Shown: positions 46,083-57,458 of the stretch, in pieces
Layout of the letters: every line of letters begins with the position of its first letter
Position numbering within the stretch: position 1 is the stretch's first letter
NCBI GenBank assembly: GCA_963727625.1
Contig: CAVSHR010000005.1
Coordinates: 384,001-448,000 of the forward strand
Source of the DNA: an uncultured delta proteobacterium
GTDB lineage: Bacteria > Desulfobacterota > Binatia > UBA9968
Direction: 5' to 3'
Length of the DNA: 64,000 nucleotides
Notes under the pieces: generated by a model
Database searches by the model: none
Told to the model about the DNA's origin: nothing
The model's input: the letters and a program-made list of their open reading frames with translations, nothing else
Made by a program: the position numbers and the translations under genes

Positions 46083-47168
46083 TCACGCCGCCTTGAACAC
46101 TTCTCCCATCCGGCTCTGCACGCCTCGTTTCGCTAGTTCGGCTTCGAACATGGCGCGAACACGCGGGTCTTCGTCCTCGTATTCGATCTGGTCACCGCCC
46201 AGTTTGACGCTTTCGGAGGTTCCCCACTGCTTGCGCAAACCGGGAAACTTGCGGCTGCTGAACGGCTTGAGAGCGAGATAACGCGCCGGATCGCCGCCGA
46301 CGTTGAAATGTTGGTGGAACCAGCGCTCGGGCGGCACGAGCAAGCTGCCGGCGCGCCAGTCGTAGCGTTTGATTTCTTCGCCCTCGCGCCACACCATCGA
46401 GAACCCCTCTCCCTTGAGGATAATCACATGGGCGCCGGCCCCGTGGCGGTGCGCCTTTTTATAAGTTCCCACCGGGAACTGGGAAATATGCGCCGACATG
46501 ACGTTGTTCGACATCTCGATCATCAGCATCCTGCCGCCGGCGCCACGGTCCTTTCTTTCCGGCAGCTCGTAGCTGCGCACGTCGCGAATAAAGTTCGTAT
46601 CGTGAAACCCTTCACCGGGAATCTTTGCTTGGCCGTTGAAAAAGTCTTCTTCTCCGGCGTAACGGTCGGTAAAACGATAATCGCAGTTAAAGACGAAGTC
46701 CCTATTGTGATAAAGGTTCAGCACGGTGGGCGCGTTGGTCATCGCCAAGAGCCGTACCGGTTTGTCGCCCTGGCCATTGAAATGCTGGTAACGGGCGTTG
46801 AGCGGCGGCGAAAAGAGCGCGCCCTCGCCCCATTCGAAAGTTTGCTTCTTGCCGCCGTCCTGCCATATCGTCGTCGCGCCGCGGCCGCTGACGACGTAGA
46901 TCAAGGCTTCGAACATGTGGTTTTGCGGCTCGAGGGATTTCCCCGGTGCGATCTCGGCAATATAACAGTCGTTGATGCCTTCGGAACCTTCCAGATTGAG
47001 ATAAACGCCGCGCCCGCCGGTGCGCGCCCAAGGGTGAAGCTCCACAGCATTGATGTCTTCGATGTGAAAGCCGCGCAACGCCGGCACGCCCTCTTTTTCC
47101 AGGAAGATTTCGTAACTGGTCTTGGCGCCCAGCTCATTGCCGGCGCGTTTGAGATTGGTTGCAACCAT
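46083..47168 (-). CDS. Bicupin protein (gentisate dioxygenase-like fold)
   Basis: Two cupin halves: QNHMFEALIYV...YQHFN and KAHRHGAG...FHQHFN. Confidence 0.85.
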   Translation of the reverse strand: MVATNLKRAGNELGAKTSYEIFLEKEGVPALRGFHIEDINAVELHPWARTGGRGVYLNLEGSEGINDCYIAEIAPGKSLEPQNHMFEALIYVVSGRGATTIWQDGGKKQTFEWGEGALFSPPLNARYQHFNGQGDKPVRLLAMTNAPTVLNLYHNRDFVFNCDYRFTDRYAGEEDFFNGQAKIPGEGFHDTNFIRDVRSYELPERKDRGAGGRMLMIEMSNNVMSAHISQFPVGTYKKAHRHGAGAHVIILKGEGFSMVWREGEEIKRYDWRAGSLLVPPERWFHQHFNVGGDPARYLALKPFSSRKFPGLRKQWGTSESVKLGGDQIEYEDEDPRVRAMFEAELAKRGVQSRMGEVFKAA

Positions 47169-47580
47169 GAATTGTCTTGCCTTCCTAAACGATTTGAATT
47201 TGCGCTATGTGAAGTCGTACTGCGCTTTTAATACGACGGCTCGCCTGAGGTCAAGGCAAGCCGTCGATTGGCCCGTCCCACCTTTTCGACGCTCTACTCG
47301 CGCGGCTCGTTTTCGCTCCTGGACACCGGGGAGCAGCCCCGCAGCGAGGCAGCTAACTTACGCCAACAAAAGATTTTTGTTGACCTTTTTCCGTTTTTGA
47401 GTAACCTAGTAAAAATGATTCAACGGTTATATTCATCCCCTTCTCAAGATTTTGACCGATTGCAGCAATTGGGTTGGGGTTGTCACCTTCAAAGCCAAAC
47501 GGACAGACAATCAGTCGTTTTTTTCTTTCCTGCATAGGCCTGATTTCACCCACGTGAAACTCTTTGAGCTTTTAAAGTTT

Positions 47581-48147
47581 ATGATGGAACAAACCGCTGA
47601 GTTTTATGCGCGCGCTTTAAGAGTCATCGGTCAAGATCTCGCTGACCTGCTGCCGGAAAATTTGGCCATCGAACTGCGCGGCGATGAATTCGTCGTCAAC
47701 GGCTTCTGCACCAAGAGCCGAATGGAGGAGATCGAGTCGACAGCGTCCCGTGCCGGGATAAAAAAATTTATAGATAAAGTCGCCGACGCGCTGATCAGGC
47801 CGCCGAATCGCGAGCCCGACTTGGAATTCGTCCCCTTCAGTCGAACTTACAGCGCCGGCGACATCGATCGCCTGGAAACCCAGGCCACGAATCAGCGGGA
47901 TGGTTACGGCGGCATGCCCGATATTTACAGCCTTGGCGAGCGGCTGCGCACCATCGGCAAAGTCATCGACGGGCAGAACGGCCGCATCGTCAGACTCTTC
48001 AAGGATCTCCATCAGATCGTTTTCGAATACCAGGAAGGCGACGGCAATGCGCGCAAAGAAGCGCTGAACAACACAGAAATTTATCAGCTACAGCAGCGCT
48101 ACGCGGCGGAGCGCAGCGGATCGAGTGGCGACAAGCCCGGCCAATGA
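47581..48147 (+). CDS. Hypothetical protein, paralog 1
   Basis: Protein-like ORF homologous along its length to 48307-48882. Start uncertain (ATG 47581 or 47584). Confidence 0.8.
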   Translation: MMEQTAEFYARALRVIGQDLADLLPENLAIELRGDEFVVNGFCTKSRMEEIESTASRAGIKKFIDKVADALIRPPNREPDLEFVPFSRTYSAGDIDRLETQATNQRDGYGGMPDIYSLGERLRTIGKVIDGQNGRIVRLFKDLHQIVFEYQEGDGNARKEALNNTEIYQLQQRYAAERSGSSGDKPGQ

Positions 48148-48306
48148 ACGGCCGTTGCCTGCCCGTGTAGTTAGCGAAGCGTTAAACCGAAGATCCTTCC
48201 TGGACCTCGCTCCGTCAAGCACCGACACAAATTGAATAGCAAAATTTCTGATGAAATTTTAGCCCGTGGGTGTTACTCTGGGTGACAATTTTTGGAGTTT
48301 TCCAAG

Positions 48307-48882
48307 GTGGAGTCGAACCCGACGGCCAATTATTATGCCCGGGTCCTGCGCGCGATTGGCCAAGACCTTTCCGCACTATTCCCGGTTCAGCTCGAAATCG
48401 AGCAGCAGGGACGCAGCTTCGTCGCCCACGTGCGCTGCGACCGCAAGAGGGCAGGGGTTAAAACCGCGCCTGAGCCGCAAAAATCGGGTTTCGGAGGAAT
48501 CATTCACAAGCTCGCGACCTACCGCTTGGATAAAGCACCAGAGAAATCCGACCTGGCGAATGTAACCCGCAACTACACTCCCAACGATATTAGCCGCATC
48601 GACGAGGCCGGGCTCCATAGGCGCATCCAACTCGGCAAGATCCCTGATATACACAACCTTGGCGAAGCGTTGCGCACCATCGGCAGAATCATCGACGCAG
48701 AGGATGGCCAGCTGACGCGGATTTTCAAGGATCAGCGCCGGGTGGTTTTTGAGTACGTCGCCATGGGCGGCGGGACGCGCAAAGTCGAAATGACGCTTAC
48801 GGAACTATACAAAGCGCAACAGAGTTATTATCAGGCCCGCTCCAGCACCCAAAGCCTCGACCTCTGGAAAGGCAAGAAGTAA
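48307..48882 (+). CDS. Hypothetical protein, paralog 2
   Basis: GGAG RBS with GTG start. Shares YARxLRxIGQDL and PDIxxLGExLRTIG with the upstream gene. Confidence 0.8.
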   Translation: MESNPTANYYARVLRAIGQDLSALFPVQLEIEQQGRSFVAHVRCDRKRAGVKTAPEPQKSGFGGIIHKLATYRLDKAPEKSDLANVTRNYTPNDISRIDEAGLHRRIQLGKIPDIHNLGEALRTIGRIIDAEDGQLTRIFKDQRRVVFEYVAMGGGTRKVEMTLTELYKAQQSYYQARSSTQSLDLWKGKK

Positions 48883-49242
48883 ATCCAAAGTAATTCCGGC
48901 GCGGTTTATAAAACTATACCAATCCACTTTGCCAGAACGCTCCGACTCCGCGGCGTTCGTAGCAATCGCCCGTTTTGCGGAATGTGCCACGCTTCCAGCG
49001 CTTCGCCGGATACAACCGCGTTCGTCGAGGGTTGGCCGCTCTACGCCGAGAGTATCGGCGCTAAATTGACCGCCTGGACCGAAAACCTGTCGCGCCGAGG
49101 GCTGCTTCACCGCCTTGCGTCGATGATGAATTCGCGCGACCGGCGCGTTACAATAGCCTCTATTGACATGCGCGCCGCAGGCCTCATTGTAGAAAATCAC
49201 CTAGCCAGTCTGAAAACACGCCATCTTGCACCGGCTCGCAGG

Positions 49243-50130
49243 ATGACCGGACACGAGCACCGCCTGGTCCATCCCAACCGGGGATTGATCAAGCTCGCCG
49301 AGCGTTACGCCGACATTTTTGTTTCCCGTTTTGTCTATCCGTTGATCGGCCCAATCTGGAACCCCTACAGTTGGCTGCTTGAACGACGTTTCACTGTCGC
49401 CCAAACGACGCTCGCGCCGGTGGGATGGCCGAACGGGGCGGCCCCTTTGCGCGTGCTCCTCATCACCGATATTCACGCCGGGATTTTTTTGCACCGGGAA
49501 ACGCTTTGGCGCATCGTTCAAGCTTTGATGGGGATGAAGCCCGATGTGGTCATCATCGGCGGCGATTTGGTCACGGGTCACGTGAGCGAAGCGACTCGCT
49601 ATCTCGATATTTTGGCGGCGCTTAACGCCGCGCCGCTGGGCGCCTGGTTTTGTTTCGGCAATCATGACTACTTTGGCGGAGATCCCGGCGAATTGCGCGA
49701 AAACCTCGCCGCCGTCGGCATCAAAACTTTAACGAACGAAAGCACCGTCCTTAAACATCGCGCCACGTCAATCATTCTCGGCGGTATCGACGATCAGTTG
49801 ATGGGCCAGCCTGACTGGCAACAGCTGATTTCGAGTCACGGCCCGCCCCATCTGCTGATAGCGCATAACCCGGACCACTTCTACGAAGCTGAAGCTCATG
49901 GCGTGCCGCTGACGTTATCGGGACATACTCACGGCGGGCAGATTCGTTTTCCCAACGGCCCTGCGCTGATTCGCCAAAGTCGTTACTGTCTCGATGAAGG
50001 CGTGTACGCTTACCGTTCTGCGTTGCTGCTGGTCTCGCGCGGCTTGGGCAGCGTCGTCTTGCCGATTCGCTGGGGCGCTGATCCCGAAGCGGTGATGGTG
50101 GAAATTACCGCGCCACCCGGACTCCGATAA
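49243..50130 (+). CDS. Calcineurin-like metallophosphoesterase (YkuE/YaeI-like)
   Basis: TDIH, GGD, GNHD, AHNP, SGHTHGGQI, VSRGLG. Start uncertain. Confidence 0.9.
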   Translation: MTGHEHRLVHPNRGLIKLAERYADIFVSRFVYPLIGPIWNPYSWLLERRFTVAQTTLAPVGWPNGAAPLRVLLITDIHAGIFLHRETLWRIVQALMGMKPDVVIIGGDLVTGHVSEATRYLDILAALNAAPLGAWFCFGNHDYFGGDPGELRENLAAVGIKTLTNESTVLKHRATSIILGGIDDQLMGQPDWQQLISSHGPPHLLIAHNPDHFYEAEAHGVPLTLSGHTHGGQIRFPNGPALIRQSRYCLDEGVYAYRSALLLVSRGLGSVVLPIRWGADPEAVMVEITAPPGLR

Positions 50131-50145
50131 AGCAAACTCGCGGCT

Positions 50146-51101
50146 TTATCGCCGATAGATCGTCCCCCGCTCACCGCGCGACGGGTTGACCGGATCAAAA
50201 AGCGGCTGGCGCGAGCCGACGCCGCGAATATTCGTCAAGACGATGAATTCGCCTGCGTCCGCCTGCGATCTTGGCAGCGCATCCAAAAATGAAAACGGGT
50301 CGATGACGTGGATCTGCATTAACGACCACTCCAGCGACTCCTCTTTACGGGCGCGATAAATGAAGAGCAGCATCTCCTTGAAACGCTCGTCGATCGGATG
50401 GGAGCGCACGAGCTCTTCATGCATCCAGAACGGCGGCGCATCCGCACGCACGTAGCTCGACGGCGACGCGCTTTTGAGCGCCGCCGGATCGTGGCCGAAG
50501 GTTTTCCCGGTTGCCGTCTTTTGATTCCTCGTTATCCCCCCAAGTGGGGAGGAAATCGTAGAAACCGCTGATCGATATCACCCCGCACGCGCCTTAGGCG
50601 ACAAGCGTTGCCGTTCGAGATCACTTCGGTCGAACGCCACCAACGACGCCAACTGGCCGCCTGCCGAATGGCCGGCGAGAAATACTCGCTTGGCGACGAA
50701 TCCATACTTTTGCGAGTTTTTGACCAGTTGAGCTACCGCCGCCGCAACATCCTCGGCCTGCGTGGGATGGCGGTGCCCACGCGCCAAACGATAGCGCAGA
50801 AGCGCCACCGCAACACCGTCTTGACCCAAATTCTCCGCGATCGACGGTCCGATGCGATAACCGTCGTCGGGCAAGTGCCAAAAACCGCCGTGAACAAAAA
50901 TCAGCAAAGCCGGCTTGGCGCCGGACTCCGCCGGCAGGTACAGATCGAAACTACGGCGCCGCTCTCCCTTGGCCGCACCGCCATAGGGTACTTCTTTAAT
51001 GACCACCGGGCGGCTTGAGCGCCGGACGCCGCCTCTCCCATCAACGCCATGACGCCGGCAAGTAACGACAATAAAATTACCAGATGCCGGATCGACAGCA
51101 T
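50146..51101 (-). pseudogene. Frameshifted secreted alpha/beta hydrolase (HSL/BD-FAE-like)
   Basis: Signal peptide in one frame; FDLYLP..FVHGGFW..GHSAGG in a second; GVISISGFYD...DPAALKSASPSSYVRADAPPF in a third, then an abrupt change of sequence. Confidence 0.75.
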
Positions 51102-51299
51102 GGGGAAAAATCGCTTGCGGCCGTTACACTCGCGTCGGCAACCGCAAAGATTAAAAGCAGGAGATTGCCCGGCTATTTTTTAAATATAGCGTCGCTTCGT
51201 GCCAAGGTCTAGGCAGCGGATGTTTTGTAAACGGTCGCAGTGGAGAAAATTCTCGGTGCTTGCTGGCTCATCCGGTTTCTCCGCGCCGCGCAGCGCCGA

Positions 51300-51782
51300 G
51301 AAAAAAATCCCGGCGGCGCAAAAGACGATGGCCGCCTTCGCCGCGGCATAGTCGACATACCCGTCGGATGATCCGAGCTGGGATGCGACCGAAGAGACAT
51401 TGACAATCGCACCGCCTCGCGCGCGCACAGGAACGCGCCGGTGACGTTTACCGCAAAGACCCGACTTAATCGCGCCGCATTCACATTCTCAACTCGCGTC
51501 TGCTGTTCTACGATTCCGGCATTGTTCACCCAGCGCCGTGACCGGACCGAGCACGTCATCGACAGTTTGGAACAGGTGAACCACGTCGGCCTCGATACTG
51601 ACATCCGCCGCCACCGCAATCGCCGTCCCGCCGGATCGAACAATGGCCTCGACTCCGGAATCCGCCGCGGCGCGATGGCCACGATAATTGACGCACACGG
51701 CATAACCCCGCGCGGCGGCAAGCCCAGCCGTAGCGGCGCCGATCCCGCGGCTGCCGCCGGCGATCACTAGAATTTTATTCAT
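51300..51782 (-). pseudogene. Fragmented SDR oxidoreductase
   Basis: AGGSRGIG, VNNAGI and GAIVNVSS..DYAAAKAAI lie in different frames; the C-terminus is missing. Confidence 0.85.
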
Positions 51783-51912
51783 GGTCGCTTCAGTGATCAC
51801 ATTTTACGGTGTACCCATCATGGAAGGGGTTACAGATCGGTCAAATTTCTTATTCTGCGTTTTGATCCCCTAATATCGAAACGGGCGACGGACCAAGAAC
51901 TGACCACGATCG

Positions 51913-53751
51913 TCAAGTCGAGTGAGACAATCGCAACCAGTGAACGATTTCGTCGACGCAACTCTCCGGCTTGGCACCGAGCGTGCGCAAATAAATCTCC
52001 GGAGACTCCGGCGGCTCGTAGTCGCTGTCGATACCGGTGAAATTTTTCAATTCGCCGCGCCGAGCCTTGGCGTATAGCCCTTTCACGTCGCGCCGTTCAC
52101 ACTCTTCGAGCGGCGTGTCGACAAAGACCTCGATGAACTCGCCGGGATCAAACATGCCGCGCGCCAGTTCCCGCTCGGCTCGGAACGGTGAAATAAAGGC
52201 GACCATGACGATCAGTCCCGCGTCCACCATTAGCTTGGCGACTTCGCTGACCCGGCGAATGTTCTCCACCCGGTCGGCCTCGGTAAATCCCAGGTCGCGG
52301 TTGAGGCCGTGGCGCACGTTGTCGCCGTCGAGCATATACGTGTGCTTGCCGTCGGCGTGCAAGCGTTTCTCCACTAAGTTGGCGATGGTCGATTTACCCG
52401 AGCCGGAAAGCCCCGTGAACCAAAGACAGCACGCTTTTTGATGTTTCAACTCGGCACGGGCGGTTTTCGTTAGTTCGAGCGCTTGCCAATGGACGTTCAC
52501 CGCGCGGCGCAGCGCAAAACGAATCATGCCGGCGCCGACCGTTTCGTTGGTCAGCTTATCGATGATGATCATAGCGCCCAACCGTTTGTTCTCGACATAG
52601 GGTGCAAAGGGTACGGCGCGATCAAAGCTAAAGTTGACGGTGCCGATTTCATTCAAGCCCAGTGTCTTGGCAGCCAGTCGCGCGCCGGTGTTAACGTCCA
52701 GACGATGTTTGATGTGGGTAATGCTGACGCTCGCCGCTTTGCTGTGGATAAGCGCCGCGTAGGGGCGACCCGGCAGCAAGGCGTGCTCGCTCATCCACAA
52801 AAGATCCGCTTCGAACTGGTCGGCGCATTCGACCGGGTGGGACGCCATCGCAATGACGTCGCCGCGGCTGGCGTCGACTTGGTCTTCGAGCACCAAAGTC
52901 ACCGACTGGCCGGCTTGCGCTTCGGCCGCGGCGCCGTTGCCGTCAATGACCTGCTTAACTATGCTGGCCACGCCCGAGGGGCTGACGCGCACGCTGTCAC
53001 CCGGCTTTATTCGCCCGCTGGCGATGCGCCCGGATAATCCCCGGAAGTCGAGATTGGGTCGATTCACCCATTGCACCGGCATAGCAAAGGCTTGGGATGC
53101 TACGCGCGCTGCGGCCGGTATGTTTTCAAGCCATTGGAGTAGCGTCGAACCTCGGTACCAGGGCATCGCTTCATCGCTGTTGCCGACAACGTTGTGACCT
53201 TCGAGAGCGGATACCGGGATTGCCGTGATCGTATCGAAGCCCAGATCTTGGGCAAACCGACGATAAGCCAACTCGATCTCGTCAAAGGCGAGCTGGGACC
53301 AGTCCACCAGATCCATCTTATTGACCGCCAACGCCACGTGGCGGATACCGAGCAGCGACATGATTCGACTATGCCGTTTGGTCTGGACAAGCAACCCCTT
53401 GCGAGCGTCAATCAACAGCACGGCCGCCTCCGCCGTCGATGCCCCGGTCGCCATATTGCGCGTGTACTGCTCATGCCCCGGGGTATCGGCGACGATGAAG
53501 CGGCGCTTCGGCGTGGAGAAAAAGCGGTAGGCCACGTCGATGGTGATTTTCTGCTCGCGTTCCGCTTGCAATCCGTCGACCAGCAGCGCGAAATCCAGAC
53601 GATCGCCCTGGGTGCCGAATTTTTTGGAGTCCGCCTCGAGCGCCTCCAGTTGATCCTCGAAGATCAACTTGGTCTCGTAGAGCAAGCGGCCGATCAAGGT
53701 CGACTTGCCGTCGTCCACGCTACCGCAGGTAATGAAGCGCAGGGTGTCCAT
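51913..53751 (-). CDS. cysNC: Bifunctional sulfate adenylyltransferase large subunit / APS kinase
   Basis: [30 protein letters not shown], then [12 protein letters not shown] and [10 protein letters not shown]. The start overlaps the cysD stop (TAATG). Confidence 0.96.
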   Translation of the reverse strand: MDTLRFITCGSVDDGKSTLIGRLLYETKLIFEDQLEALEADSKKFGTQGDRLDFALLVDGLQAEREQKITIDVAYRFFSTPKRRFIVADTPGHEQYTRNMATGASTAEAAVLLIDARKGLLVQTKRHSRIMSLLGIRHVALAVNKMDLVDWSQLAFDEIELAYRRFAQDLGFDTITAIPVSALEGHNVVGNSDEAMPWYRGSTLLQWLENIPAAARVASQAFAMPVQWVNRPNLDFRGLSGRIASGRIKPGDSVRVSPSGVASIVKQVIDGNGAAAEAQAGQSVTLVLEDQVDASRGDVIAMASHPVECADQFEADLLWMSEHALLPGRPYAALIHSKAASVSITHIKHRLDVNTGARLAAKTLGLNEIGTVNFSFDRAVPFAPYVENKRLGAMIIIDKLTNETVGAGMIRFALRRAVNVHWQALELTKTARAELKHQKACCLWFTGLSGSGKSTIANLVEKRLHADGKHTYMLDGDNVRHGLNRDLGFTEADRVENIRRVSEVAKLMVDAGLIVMVAFISPFRAERELARGMFDPGEFIEVFVDTPLEECERRDVKGLYAKARRGELKNFTGIDSDYEPPESPEIYLRTLGAKPESCVDEIVHWLRLSHST

Positions 53752-54650
53752 TAAAAATATCCTTCCTGCTTCTTGCGCTCCATGGAGCCGGCGCCGTCGT
53801 GGTCGATGATACGCCCCTGCCGCTCCGAGGTCGTCGCGCCGAGGGTTTCGGCGACGATCTCGTCGAGCGTGGTCGCCTGACTCTCGATCGCGGCGGTCAG
53901 CGGATAGCAACCCAGGGTGCGAAACCGAACCATCAGCGTTTGCGGTGTTTCGCCGCGTTCGAGCGGCAGCCGGTCATCGTCAACCATGATCCACTTGCCG
54001 AAGCGCTTGACCACGGGACGAGGCGCGGCGAAGTAAAGCGGCACGATCGGAATCTTCTCCTGGCGGATATACGCCCAGATGTCCGCTTCGGTCCAATTGG
54101 ACAACGGAAATACTCGGATGGTTTCCCCTGGATGGATGCGCGTGTTGTAAAGATTCCAAAGCTCGGCGCGCTGCGCTTTGGGGTCCCAACGGTGCCCCGG
54201 CGCGCGAAAAGAAAAAATCCGCTCCTTGGCTCGCGATTTTTCCTCGTCCCGCCTCGCGCCGCCGAACGCCACGTCGACGCCGTGCAGATCGAGGGCCTGC
54301 TTGAGCGCCTCTGTCTTCATGACATCGGTGTGATAGGCCGAGCCGTGGGTGATCGGCCCAACACCCTCGGCCGCGCCCCGCTCGTTGGTGTAGGTGATCA
54401 GTTGAAAACCAACTTCGGCCGCCCTGCGGTCGCGAAACGCGATCATCTCGCGGAACTTCCACCGGGTGTCAATGTGCATCAAGGGAAATGGTATCGGTCC
54501 GGGGTAAAACGCTTTCTGCGCCAGGCGCAGCATCACCGAAGAGTCTTTGCCGATCGAGTAGAGCATCACCGGTTTCGCTGCTGTAGCGGCTACTTCGCGA
54601 ATGATTTCAATCGACTCCGATTCGAGCTCTGAAAAGATAGGGTCGCTCAT
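53751..54650 (-). CDS. cysD: Sulfate adenylyltransferase small subunit
   Basis: [46 protein letters not shown]. Confidence 0.97.
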   Translation of the reverse strand: MSDPIFSELESESIEIIREVAATAAKPVMLYSIGKDSSVMLRLAQKAFYPGPIPFPLMHIDTRWKFREMIAFRDRRAAEVGFQLITYTNERGAAEGVGPITHGSAYHTDVMKTEALKQALDLHGVDVAFGGARRDEEKSRAKERIFSFRAPGHRWDPKAQRAELWNLYNTRIHPGETIRVFPLSNWTEADIWAYIRQEKIPIVPLYFAAPRPVVKRFGKWIMVDDDRLPLERGETPQTLMVRFRTLGCYPLTAAIESQATTLDEIVAETLGATTSERQGRIIDHDGAGSMERKKQEGYF

Positions 54651-54767
54651 GGTGCGAATTTACAATCCTCCTGCAATCGTCTGTCCGACGCGCCTATAAC
54701 CGGGCAAACCAGTGCACAGTTTCTTTCCAACTTTTTTACTAAATCTGAGGGCAAATTCCCACTCCGC

Positions 54768-55625
54768 TCAGGACTGGGCAGCGCGCTTGGCAACCAAAAT
54801 ACCCTGTGCGGCGGCGGCGACTTCGGCGATCAAAGAACCCATCTTGGGATGCGCCGGCTCGATATCCGGCTTGAGGCCGAATCGTTGCAGCATCTGCGTG
54901 CAGATCGGCCCCACCGAGCCGATTGCGACACGGCTACAGGCAACACGCAGCTCGGAGCCGGCGTTCTGTTCTGCCGCAAGGAGAAACAAGTGCTCGACCT
55001 GCGCACCGTTGGTGAACAGCGCCACATCGACGACGCCGCGCAGTATTCCTCGAATCGCGTCGCGCAGCGGCCCCAGATCTTCCGGCAAGGCCCAACGGTA
55101 AATTGCAATCGTTGTGACACGAGCGCCGCGTTGTTCCAATTCGGCGACCAGCTCCGGGTTGGGAACACCATACTCTTGAACCGCGATTCGTTTGCCGGCG
55201 AGGACAGCCGCGGCATCAAGAACCTTCAGCACTTCACGCCAGGTATTGGGCTCGGGTACGGTGTGCGCCGCAACCAGGCCCAGCTCTTTTAGCGCCGCGA
55301 CCGGTTTGGGGCCGCGCGCGACCAGTTGCGACCTCTTAAAAACCGCGAGAATTCGTTCCTGCGGATAGCGGGTAAGCAGCGCCCGATAGAGCGTCCTTGT
55401 GCCGATCCCGGTCATGAGGATCATGATGTCGAACTTTCCCGCTTCGATTTCCGGAAAGAAATCGAGCACCGCGCGATTCTCGCCCGACGCCACTTCGCGC
55501 ATCGACGGTGCCACGATCGGCTCGCCGCCGTAACGGCGAATCAGTTCCGCCATTTCCTTGGCGCGGCGGCTTTCGAAGGAGAGGACCTTAAGCCCTTGCA
55601 GATTCGTTGGCGGCGTTGAAATCAT
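54768..55625 (-). CDS. hemD: Uroporphyrinogen-III synthase
   Basis: LSFESRRAKEM, MTGIG, ARGPKP, IAVQEYG, YRWALPED, FTNGAQ, SVGP. Start uncertain. Confidence 0.85.
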   Translation of the reverse strand: MISTPPTNLQGLKVLSFESRRAKEMAELIRRYGGEPIVAPSMREVASGENRAVLDFFPEIEAGKFDIMILMTGIGTRTLYRALLTRYPQERILAVFKRSQLVARGPKPVAALKELGLVAAHTVPEPNTWREVLKVLDAAAVLAGKRIAVQEYGVPNPELVAELEQRGARVTTIAIYRWALPEDLGPLRDAIRGILRGVVDVALFTNGAQVEHLFLLAAEQNAGSELRVACSRVAIGSVGPICTQMLQRFGLKPDIEPAHPKMGSLIAEVAAAAQGILVAKRAAQS

Positions 55626-56385
55626 AAAACGGCGCATTGAAAAGCGCGGGATCAAACCAGTTTAGCTTATCCGCCAATGAAACAACATCGCCGACGACGA
55701 TCAACGCCGGCGCTTCGATCAGCGCGCTCTTCTCGACGATATCGGCCAGAGTGCCGACAACGATTTCCTGCTCGCGCGTCGTACCCGAGTGAATCACCGC
55801 CACCGGCGTCCGCGGCGAACGGCCATGCGCGATCAGCTTCTCGACGATGGTGGATAAATTCGTCAATCCCATCAGAATGATCAACGTGTCGACGGCCGTC
55901 GCCAACTTGGCCCAGTCCACGGCGGAATGCGCTTTGCGCGCTTCGTGGCCGGTGACCACGGCGAAGGACGACGCGAGCTCACGATGCGTGAGCGGAATGC
56001 CGGCATAGGCCGGCACGGCGACCGCCGAGCTCACCCCGGGCACGACTTCAAAGCAGATTCCCTCAACCGAAAGCGCTTCGGCTTCCTCTCCGCCGCGGCC
56101 AAAAACAAAAGGATCGCCGCCCTTGAGGCGCACGACTTCCTTTCCCGCGCGCGCGTAAGCGATGAGCACGCTGTTGATCTCGCTCTGCCCAATGCAATGC
56201 CGGCCAGCGCGTTTGCCAACAAAAATTTTGCTTGCCGAAGGCGACGACTCATCCAAGAAATCGGGATTGACCAACTGATCGTAAACGATCACCTGTGCCC
56301 GGCGCAGGAGTTCGAGACCGCGAACCGTCATCAATCCGGGATCGCCCGGGCCGGCGCCGACGAGGTAGACCTTACCCGTTTTCAC
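55588..56385 (-). CDS. cobA: Uroporphyrinogen-III C-methyltransferase
   Basis: VYLVGAGPGDPGLMT, VRLKGGDPFVFGRGGEE, VPGVSSA, GIPLTHR. Confidence 0.96.
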   Translation of the reverse strand: MKTGKVYLVGAGPGDPGLMTVRGLELLRRAQVIVYDQLVNPDFLDESSPSASKIFVGKRAGRHCIGQSEINSVLIAYARAGKEVVRLKGGDPFVFGRGGEEAEALSVEGICFEVVPGVSSAVAVPAYAGIPLTHRELASSFAVVTGHEARKAHSAVDWAKLATAVDTLIILMGLTNLSTIVEKLIAHGRSPRTPVAVIHSGTTREQEIVVGTLADIVEKSALIEAPALIVVGDVVSLADKLNWFDPALFNAPFYDFNAANESARA

Positions 56386-57011
56386 TCGGCAACCCCCAGT
56401 TCTCGCAGCAACAGATTCTTGGCGCGTGCCAGCTCACCCCGCATCAACAGTTGGCGCACGTCGCCGCTCAAGGCCCGGCGCCAGGTTTCGAATGATACGG
56501 TCATCCCGCGTTGCCGTAGCTCCCGCCGCGCTTCCGACGCCAGCTGGGCAAGCGCTTCATATTCCTGGGTGAAGTAAAGCTCAAGCTCTTCGCGGACCGT
56601 GCGGGCCAGCGCCGGACTATTGCCGCCACTGGATACCGTCACAGTCAAGTCACCGCGCCGCAACACCGAGGGCAGGATGAAATCACAGTGTGCCGGGTCA
56701 TCCGCCGCATTGACCCAAACGCCGCCGCTTCTGCCCTCGCGGCAAACCGCGCCGTTCACCTCGGCGTCGTCGGTGGCGACAAAAGCAAGCTCGAATCCCG
56801 CCAGATCGCCTTCGCGGTAGCGTCTGGCCGTCAATTGCAACAGATTTTGCTTCGACCAGCGCGCGATATTTTCGGTCACGTCCGGACTAAGCACCGTCAC
56901 CTCCGCGCCGGCTTCCAATAGATTGGCAATCTTGCGCTCCGCGACCGCTCCCCCACCGATCACCAGGCAGCGCCGCCGCCTCATCTCGATATAGATGGGA
57001 AAGTAACTCAT
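56382..57011 (-). CDS. Precorrin-2 dehydrogenase / sirohydrochlorin ferrochelatase (CysG N-terminal, SirC/Met8-like)
   Basis: LVIGGGAVAERK, ATDD, VNAADDPAHCDFILP, VSSGGNSPALA. Confidence 0.93.
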   Translation of the reverse strand: MSYFPIYIEMRRRRCLVIGGGAVAERKIANLLEAGAEVTVLSPDVTENIARWSKQNLLQLTARRYREGDLAGFELAFVATDDAEVNGAVCREGRSGGVWVNAADDPAHCDFILPSVLRRGDLTVTVSSGGNSPALARTVREELELYFTQEYEALAQLASEARRELRQRGMTVSFETWRRALSGDVRQLLMRGELARAKNLLLRELGVAE

Positions 57012-57415
57012 CTGGCGTCCTTCCTGCGAAATCGAGTACCCAGATTTTTCCTTTCCCCAACTCTAACTCGCGGCGTGCGCCGGAGACAAACAGCGCCTCT
57101 CCCCAAAGACCGATATCGACAATCGCCGCTCCGGCGGCGAGCTCTCTTTCGTAGAGAAATTTTGCCAATCCTTCGACGGCCTCGGCGTAGGATAGTTCTC
57201 CTTTCGCTTGCAGTAGACCAACGAAATAAGATTCGGACTCCGTGCCGGCGCGCGCCATGCGCGGCGTCGCGAAACGCAAGATCTGACGGGCGGCAATGCG
57301 TCGATCCGACGCTGTCCCGATACCGCGATTTCTTCGCTTGCGCAGCCGCGCCAGCGCCAAAGAAATAGATGAATTGCGCCAGCCAACTGCGATGGATTTC
57401 TCTCATCGCTTCCAT
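57008..57415 (-). pseudogene. Small hypothetical gene, probably frameshifted
   Basis: RBS and protein-like start (MEAMREIHRSWLAQFIYFFG). The protein-like continuation (YFVGLLQAKGELSYAEAVEGLAKFLYEREL..DIGLWG) lies in another frame. Confidence 0.5.
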
Positions 57416-57458
57416 AACGTCCCTTCAGCGCTGCGGTGATCCCACGGACGGAATTTCC

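Noticed and set aside
53752-53910. N-terminal extension of CysNC in the ORF track (similar extensions for DUF4350, RDD, SpoIIM, AsnB, LLM)
   Set aside because: The extensions overlap upstream genes or are not protein-like; family N-termini and coupled starts lie downstream.
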